From NCBI GenBank assembly GCA_951406725.2, contig OX597822.1, forward strand, positions 16,802,001-16,866,000: a stretch of 64,000 nt of DNA, written 5' to 3'. Below are positions 56,291 through 64,000 of this stretch, piece after piece. A program made the position numbers and the translations under genes. Below the pieces are notes generated by a model. That model made no database searches. It was not told the DNA's origin and saw nothing but the letters and a program-made list of their open reading frames with translations. The stretch is from Octopus vulgaris. Lineage: Eukaryota. Positions within the stretch are counted from its first letter, which is position 1; each line of letters begins with the position of its first letter.

Positions 56291-57926
56291 AATTCCGGCA
56301 AGCAGATGCAGACACACACATACACACACATATGAATGTTCGTTTGTATACGACGGGGTTTTTTTAGCTTCCCTCAGCGAAATCCACTCACGAGTCTTTG
56401 GTCGGTCTGCGGCTGAGGTAGAAGAAACTTGCCCAAGATACCACTCAGTGGGACTGAACCCTGAACCATATGGTTGGGAAATGTATGTATTTTTGTGCAT
56501 GCATGAAAAATATTGAAACTAGAAAGGACTGATAGTGAATTCTATCATAGAAGAGGCCCCATAAGCCTGCTTTCGTTCGTCGATTTAGAACCGTCCATAT
56601 CTCTTTCGAAACACAACCTCAGCCGTCTTAACCAAAGAATATATTCTACAATGGAATCTTTAACATAACAACAGACAGTCATGTCGCGATGTCTTGTATC
56701 ATAGCTCTTCTCGATTATGGCTGGCCTGGGGCTAAACAACAACACCAACGGCAACAACAAATTATCTCTACAGACAATACGTCTGTTTTATTCAATAACA
56801 AAAATCACAAATATATTTACGAATAAGATTGTCTCGCTTTTGAAGAAAGGTCGTAATTAGTCGGCTAATAAAAATATCAATGTAATTAATCCAAAACACA
56901 AAATCAAATTCAATTATTCAGTCCTTTTACCATAATTAATTACACTCCCTACTAGTGCCGCCACATACAGCGCAAACCCGTATGAGAGCCTCCACATGGC
57001 CGTATGGTATGCTAGAAGTAGAAGTGAAATCTCTCCAACATTATATTCTACTCTGGTGAAAGACGGTATTTAGACAGGTTTTATCGTGTCATCTTTGGTA
57101 AACGGAGATTAACGCAGAAGTTGTGGCTGTAATGCTATAGATCATACATCTACTGAGTCAGAGATGATATGAAGCCAAACAATAACACCAGCATCACCAC
57201 CATCACAACAGCAACAACAAGAACACCCAGACTCCCTAAAACCCAGCTGAACAGGATAAAACTTTCCTTGCATGTAACAAAGTATTATTTATGTCTTCTG
57301 TGGAAATTTTATAAACAAAATCGAATCACTTTGAATCAAAGGTTTTCAGCTCTAAAGACTTGCAATCGCTTTCTGCATCTGACAAACACACAAACCTATT
57401 CAATCTGCCTTTCCTTCTTACCAACATAATATAAACCTATGAACCACTTAACTTTACTCTGTCTCTCTTCTGCAACACTTATCATATCGCTAAGTGTGAC
57501 CAAGAGAACAACCGTCTTTACATTTCTTAAGAAAGGAATTCTTACATCCATAATGAGTAGTCATAGGATAATGTTTTCTGATGTAAGCCCAACAAAGCCT
57601 TTAATTCTACAATAACTGCTTGATCCGGCTCTTTGCGTTCCCAGTTCAAATCGCCAGGTGGTCAATGTTGCTTTTCATACTCCTGGAGACAATAAACGAA
57701 ACGCCAGTCAATGAAGTTGATTCTCCTTGCCTCTTACTCTTTCAGAAATTATTTTAGATACATCCAAATTAAATATTTTAGATTATCTCATATACGATAG
57801 GGTGTGCATAAATAGTGTATATGTGTGTGCATGTGTGCGCATTTTCATGTATGTGTGTGTGTGTGTGTGTACATCTGCGCATGTATGTAGTTAGATATAG
57901 ATAGAAACTGATATCTATATGTAACA

Positions 57927-57974
<48 letters not shown>

Positions 57975-58064
57975 TGTATACACTCACTTTCAAATATTTC
58001 TCTCTCTGTCTCTCTTTCACTCTCTCTCCCCCTCTCTCTCTCTCTCTTTCTCTCCCTATATATG

Positions 58065-58106
<42 letters not shown>

Positions 58107-58204
58107 TAATCCAAACATGAAAACACAAAGAGAAAACACAACAACGCGAGGACGTGGAACAAGTATAGTATTATTGGAGGCTCAGCAAAGAAGGAAAGAA
58201 GGAG

Positions 58205-58242
58205 GGTTTAACGTTTCGAGCGGAGCTCCTCGTCAGAAACAC
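58205..58242 (-). ncRNA. Minimal hammerhead-like motif in a Penelope-like terminus (58101-58318) between (TA)n arrays
   Basis: Reverse strand GTTT-CTGACGA-G-GAGC-TCC-GCTC-GAAA-CG-TT-AAAC: one extra base after A9 and a 4-nt ACGT palindrome as helix III. Confidence 0.55.
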
Positions 58243-58313
58243 AGAAAAAGAAAAGATCCAAAGAAGGGAAGACGGAGGGAAAAAATCACCAACGGTACAC
58301 ACGCGGTCACATT

Positions 58314-58464
<151 letters not shown>

Positions 58465-58543
58465 AACACACACACCAGAGCATGCACATAAATGGAAACA
58501 AGGTGGGTGAAATAGTACTCGAATACCGGAAGTAGGATAATAT

Positions 58544-58689
58544 GCTTTATTAAAAAGCAGCCATATCACAAAAACTGTTACTCAGAGTTTAATGCTCCCG
58601 TTGGTCGGACAGTTCTGTTTCGAAACAAAACTATCTGACGAACGGGAACGTGAAACTCTGAGTAAAAGTTTCTGTGATATGGCTGCTTT

Positions 58690-58697
<8 letters not shown>
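58544..58697. repeat. ~154-bp loopless palindrome made of two divergent hammerhead copies
   Basis: Centred on TTCGAA at ~58619-58624; about 9 mismatches between the arms. Confidence 0.85.
58629..58670 (+). ncRNA. Type I hammerhead motif, canonical core
   Basis: AACTAT/AAAGTT helix I (the other arm shows the perfect AACTGT/ACAGTT); CTGACGA; ACG-GGAA-CGT; GAAA; ACTC-T-GAGT; GTA ending at 58664; AATAAA downstream. Confidence 0.8.
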
Positions 58698-58768
<71 letters not shown>

Positions 58769-59750
58769 TGTATGTATGCATTTCAGAGATTTAAAACTAG
58801 CTGTTTTACTCATTGTATGTGTGTGTACGTGTATGTATGTGTGTATGTAAATACACACGCATACATACATACATACATTATACATACATACATACATTAT
58901 ACATATATGTGTGCGTGCGTGTGTATGTATACATGCTCATACATATCTATGTGTGTGTTTCTGTATACATACATATATACACATGCCTATATGTATGTAT
59001 ATGTTTACCTATGTATATATATATATATATATAATTAGAGAACCATCTGCTGGAGGCCAAAAAACAGTTCATAAGTCATCTCATACACACATTCCCATTC
59101 TGCTATTCTTCTGAGCAATACAATGTAAATCCCGAAATCAATCTGTTTAGAATCACTTCAGCTGGAGAATAATTCAAAATGGCTATTTTCCATAATCTCA
59201 CGCTGTGAATTCTATGAATTTTAATAAATTTATTTGTGATAATAAATGAAGCACACTCTCGAAATTGCAACGAAATATATATACAACCCCTGGTAAACAG
59301 TTCCAACATACAGAATAACAAATATAAACACATCACACGAAGATTTTCGAGAATATATGAAACAAACTTAATGTAATTGTGAAACATATGAATGAGTTTA
59401 CTTCTGCCAAAAGACGAATAAAGCACGCATGCATAATACAGACAGACACATACATATGCATACACGTACATATGAATACAGCTACATATGCATACACGTA
59501 CATCTGCATACAAAACAAACAGAGAGAAACGTGCACATGTTCCTTTATACATACGCATATACATTGTGCTGAGGCACACCATAGATGGGGGTAGGTGTAT
59601 AACTGAAATAACCGTGAGTATAGGCGCCTATATATATATACATGTATGCGCAAATACTCGAACCTTCTACATAATATTGATACCTACATTTATTTATATA
59701 TTTCGCTGTGAATATACAGAGACAGTTATATACACATAATTATATACACA

Positions 59751-60100
59751 TAGGCGCAGGCATTGCTGTGTGGCAAGACGTTTGCTTCTCTACTACATGG
59801 TCCCGGGTTCAGTCCCACTGCATGGCATCTTGGGTAAGTTTCTTCTACTATAACAGAAGCCTTGTAAGTGGATTTAGTAGCTGGAAACCGAAGGCAGCCC
59901 GTCGTGTGTGCGTGTATTTGTCCCCCACCACCAAATGACAACCGGTGTAGCTGTATTTACGTCCCTGGAACTGAGCGGTTCGGCATAGGAGACCGCCACA
60001 TTAAGTACCAGGCTTTAAAAAAATAATTTTACTAAAAATTTTTCAAGGCAGTGCCCCAGCATGGTCGTAGTCTAATGAATGAAAGACAAAAGACAAAAGA
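59751..60100 (+). mobile_element. SINE family B, diverged
   Basis: AGGCGCAGGCATTGCTGTGTGG head through GCATGGTCGTAGTCTAATG tail. Confidence 0.8.
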
Positions 60101-60170
60101 CTTGTGTATGTTTGTGTTAATAATTAAAGCGATACGTGTGTATACAAACACGCACATGCACACACACTCG

Positions 60171-60257
<87 letters not shown>

Positions 60258-60382
60258 CGGAGATGTACTCGCATGGTCGTAGTCTAATGAATGAAAGACA
60301 AAAGACAAAAGACTTGTGTATGTTTGTGTTAATAATTAAAGCGATACGTGTGTATACAAATACGCACATGCACACACACTCG

Positions 60383-60464
<82 letters not shown>

Positions 60465-60465
60465 C
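60059..60465. repeat. 212-bp-period direct duplication enclosing a 20-bp element tail
   Basis: 60059-60254 repeats at 60271-60465. The insert TTACGGAGATGTACTCGCAT is the reverse complement of the tail at ~2872-2891. Confidence 0.85.
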
Positions 60466-61040
60466 AAACACAGAAGGGGAGAGCGAGAAATACAAAAGAA
60501 GAATAGAATTTAGATTAAGTGGTGACAATAAAGTGTTGACAAATAAATAAATACCATATTCAGTTATGCAAGTAAGATATGTGCTGTGAAAATCTGTGTG
60601 AAATAAAACATCAAGAGAAGAACGTATACAAGGGAGATAACTATACGAATGAAAGTAACAGAAAACGTTTCGGATTATACCTTTTATCAAAAAGAATTTA
60701 AAAGAATCAAAACAAAACGAGAGGAAAGCGTATGTGTGTGTGTGTGTGTGTGAACGTTTGTGGGAGTGAGTGTGCATGTGTGTGTCTTTGTGTTTTTCAG
60801 CTGCTCGTGGTTTAGTTAGATAGTTTGAAGTCACTATCAACCCGTACGCTTAACACACTTAATACAAATCCAGTATTGAGTGCTTTCATCAGAAAATGCT
60901 TGTTGCTATTTATCAGCAAAGAACTCTTACATTAATACTGTAGGCGAGTATGGTGTCCAGTATTATACATTCTTATGTCATGTGTGAATGAGTATGCGGA
61001 CAGACAGACTGACAGACAGACCGACAGACTGACAGATAGA

Positions 61041-61220
61041 TATGTTTCTTTATTAGCCACACAGGGCTGAACACAGAGGGGACAAATTACAAAGCAGAGC
61101 TTTTCTTTTGGGGGAGAAAAAAAGTAAAAACAAAAGAAAAATAAATAATAAAAAGGGGGTAGGTTTTCGATCAAAAGGGATAGTAAAAAGAGAGAAAGGA
61201 AAAAACGATCAATATGGATC
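61041..61220 (-). mobile_element. Short 3' end of the same Tx1-like LINE in (GATA)n/(GACA)n
   Basis: GTTTCTTTATTAGCCACACAGGGCTG...AGAGCTTTTCTTTTGGGG...AAACGATCAATA matches 46378-46645. Confidence 0.85.
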
Positions 61221-61284
<64 letters not shown>

Positions 61285-61320
61285 TGACAGACAGACAGAC
61301 AGACAGATAGACAGACAGCC

Positions 61321-61403
<83 letters not shown>

Positions 61404-62169
61404 CGACGTTTCCTCATATTCTCTCTTCATCTACAAAAAAGGTCGCCAGCGCAACATTGGCAAACTCTTATCTATAATAGAAGACACTTGGCCATCATCA
61501 CCAATAGCAACATCAACTACAAGGCACAGATTCCATAGTTCTGTCAGTAGACAAGGATGACTGCGGTGGACAAGCTTTTTTAACAGTTTGAAAACGAGCA
61601 GCGATTGCCATGCTGTGAAGACGTTCACAGAGCCTTTTTTTTTTTGTAATGCTGTGTTGCGATTATAAAACGTCATTTCTTTATCTATAAATAACGTTGG
61701 TCGATGAAAACTTTTGGCATGATTCCCTTGCAACAGCATCTTTATTCTCTAGTATAAAAAAGATTCTGTTTTAATAAAACCAACAAGAAATAAAAGAGAC
61801 CATTAGGACATTAACAACGATTATTGTCAGAAGTATGCCAATCCAAGCGAACCCTAAGACGCAGTCTTCTGTGACGCCACGCACACTGCTAATAGTAAGT
61901 AAATATAAATAGTCATAGAAATCTCAAAAATCAACGTTATTAATGTTGGCCAAAGAAAAGGTTTTCGCTCACTAAAACCTCTCTATTATATAGAGACAGT
62001 ATTTATAATATATAACGAATGAAGCGCATACACAGAGGAATAGACGCATACATTTAAGATACTGAAATTGAATTTAATTATGTTCTGATAGAAAAGCCTC
62101 TGGCTGCGATAAACCACCACATATTCTCCCATTTTGCTTTTATTGTACAAGTTACTCATCCGTAAATCT

Positions 62170-62300
62170 AAAGGCCTTGTGGTCAGTATGTTGGACCCTC
62201 GAGTGTATGGTCGTAGGTTTAATTTCTGGACCGGAGAACGTGCTGTGGAGTTGAGCGAGGCACTTCATTTCACCTGATCCCCGTCTACTCAGCTGAAAAT
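62170..62300 (+). mobile_element. Old tRNA-derived SINE of another family
   Basis: Decayed A/B boxes followed by TTGAGCGAGGCACTTCATTTCAC...TACTCAGCTG. Confidence 0.4.
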
Positions 62301-62744
62301 GGACAGCGGCACAATGCTAGTGCACTCCTTTCCCCCGTTACAGAGTCACAGCCCCAAAGCCACAGATATACTTGAAATAAAAATTAACAAAGCAATTCAC
62401 ACTCTTGTCAATGACGGATTTGCACAACTGAATTGAAAGAGGTGGGTCTTCCTGACAAGTAAGACAAATGCGTTTTGTAACTCTTTAAGTTGCTGGTCGG
62501 AAACACAAGAAACCCAGAGCATCGCATTTCTGAACAGAAAGGATTTGGATGAAGTGTTTAATGAGAAAAAAGAGAGCGAATTGTTGTTGTTGTTGACGAT
62601 GATGTTGCTGTTACTACCGTCACTTTGTTACAGCTTTCATTATTATTATATGAATACATGCATATATGTGTGTTATTATATATACAAATCCACATGTGTG
62701 TATGTGTGTGTATGTATATATATATATATATATAAATATATATA

Positions 62745-63142
<398 letters not shown>

Positions 63143-63198
63143 CTCTATTTACATAATATTGAGGTCTCTTTCTTTCTTTTGTTATCTTACCGTTTTAT

Positions 63199-63240
<42 letters not shown>

Positions 63241-63244
<4 letters not shown>

Positions 63245-63624
63245 CGCAGGAGTGGCTGTGTGGTAAGTAGCTTGCTAACCGACCACATGGTTCCGGGTTC
63301 AGTTCCACTGCGTGGCATCTTGGGCAGGTGTCTTCTGCTATAGCCTCGGGCCGACCAATGGCTTGTGAGTGGATTTGGTAGACGGAAACCGAAAGAAGGC
63401 TGTCGTATATATGTATATATATGTATGTGTATGTGTGTTTGTGTGTCTATGTTTGTCCCCCTAGCATTGCTTGACAACCGATGCTGGTGTGTTTGCGTCC
63501 CCGTCACTTAGCGGTTCGGCAAAAGAGACCGATAGAATAAGTCCCGGGGTCGATTTGCTCGACTGAAGGCAGTGCTCCAGCATGGCCTCAGTCAAATGAC
63601 TGAAACAAGTAAAAGAGTAAAAGA

Positions 63625-63626
<2 letters not shown>
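63241..63626 (+). mobile_element. SINE family B, full length
   Basis: AGGCGCAGGAGTGGCTGTGTGGTAAG head, GGTTCAGTTCC B box, internal microsatellite, AAAAGAGT tail. Confidence 0.9.
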
Positions 63627-63720
<94 letters not shown>

Positions 63721-64000
63721 ATTTATGTATGTATGTATTAATGTGTGTATGAATGTTTGTATGTATGTATATTGCTGACGCCAAGAGAATCTATAAACTT
63801 TCCAGAGAACGATTTTGGGTGGGAACAGTGGATCTCGAAACACATAGAGCTATAAACAATAACATGTAAATATTGGGTTAAAAAACACCTTTGAATAGGA
63901 AAAGTCGAAGGTTTCCCGTGGGACTCGAACGTCCATCTCCGGGTGACATGTCAAACCTTTGATTTTTTTTTTCTATCAAAATGAATTTCTCCTCATAAAA

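Noticed and set aside
60661-60694. Minus-strand TTGATAAAAGGTATAATCCGAAACGTT
   Set aside because: Core too mutated to call; noted only as a probable relic.

Overview
AT-rich, microsatellite-saturated eukaryotic DNA. The SINE repertoire points to an octopod cephalopod (inferred from recognising the repeats, not checked by a search). No host protein-coding gene can be supported: almost all ORF-track entries are translated (TA)n, (CA)n, (TATG)n or (GATA)n repeats, and there is only one weak candidate exon (22037-22119). The window holds three abundant tRNA-derived SINE families, decayed LINEs (Tx1/L1-like, RTE, CR1/Jockey-like, R4/Dong-like), DNA-transposon relics (pogo/Tigger, Tc1/mariner, hAT) and a Penelope-like GIY-YIG relic. 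The main unexpected signal is a set of at least seven sequence-unrelated small non-coding elements in or next to (TA)n arrays, arranged as fold-backs or head-to-tail tandems. Each carries a hand-foldable type I hammerhead ribozyme motif, usually with a palindromic helix III and often an atypical core (G3-C8 swap, U4C, mismatched or bulged base of helix II). They look like Penelope-derived, retrozyme-like self-cleaving RNAs. A Tx1-like LINE also appears to target (GATA)n. All folds and alignments were done by eye and none is experimentally shown.
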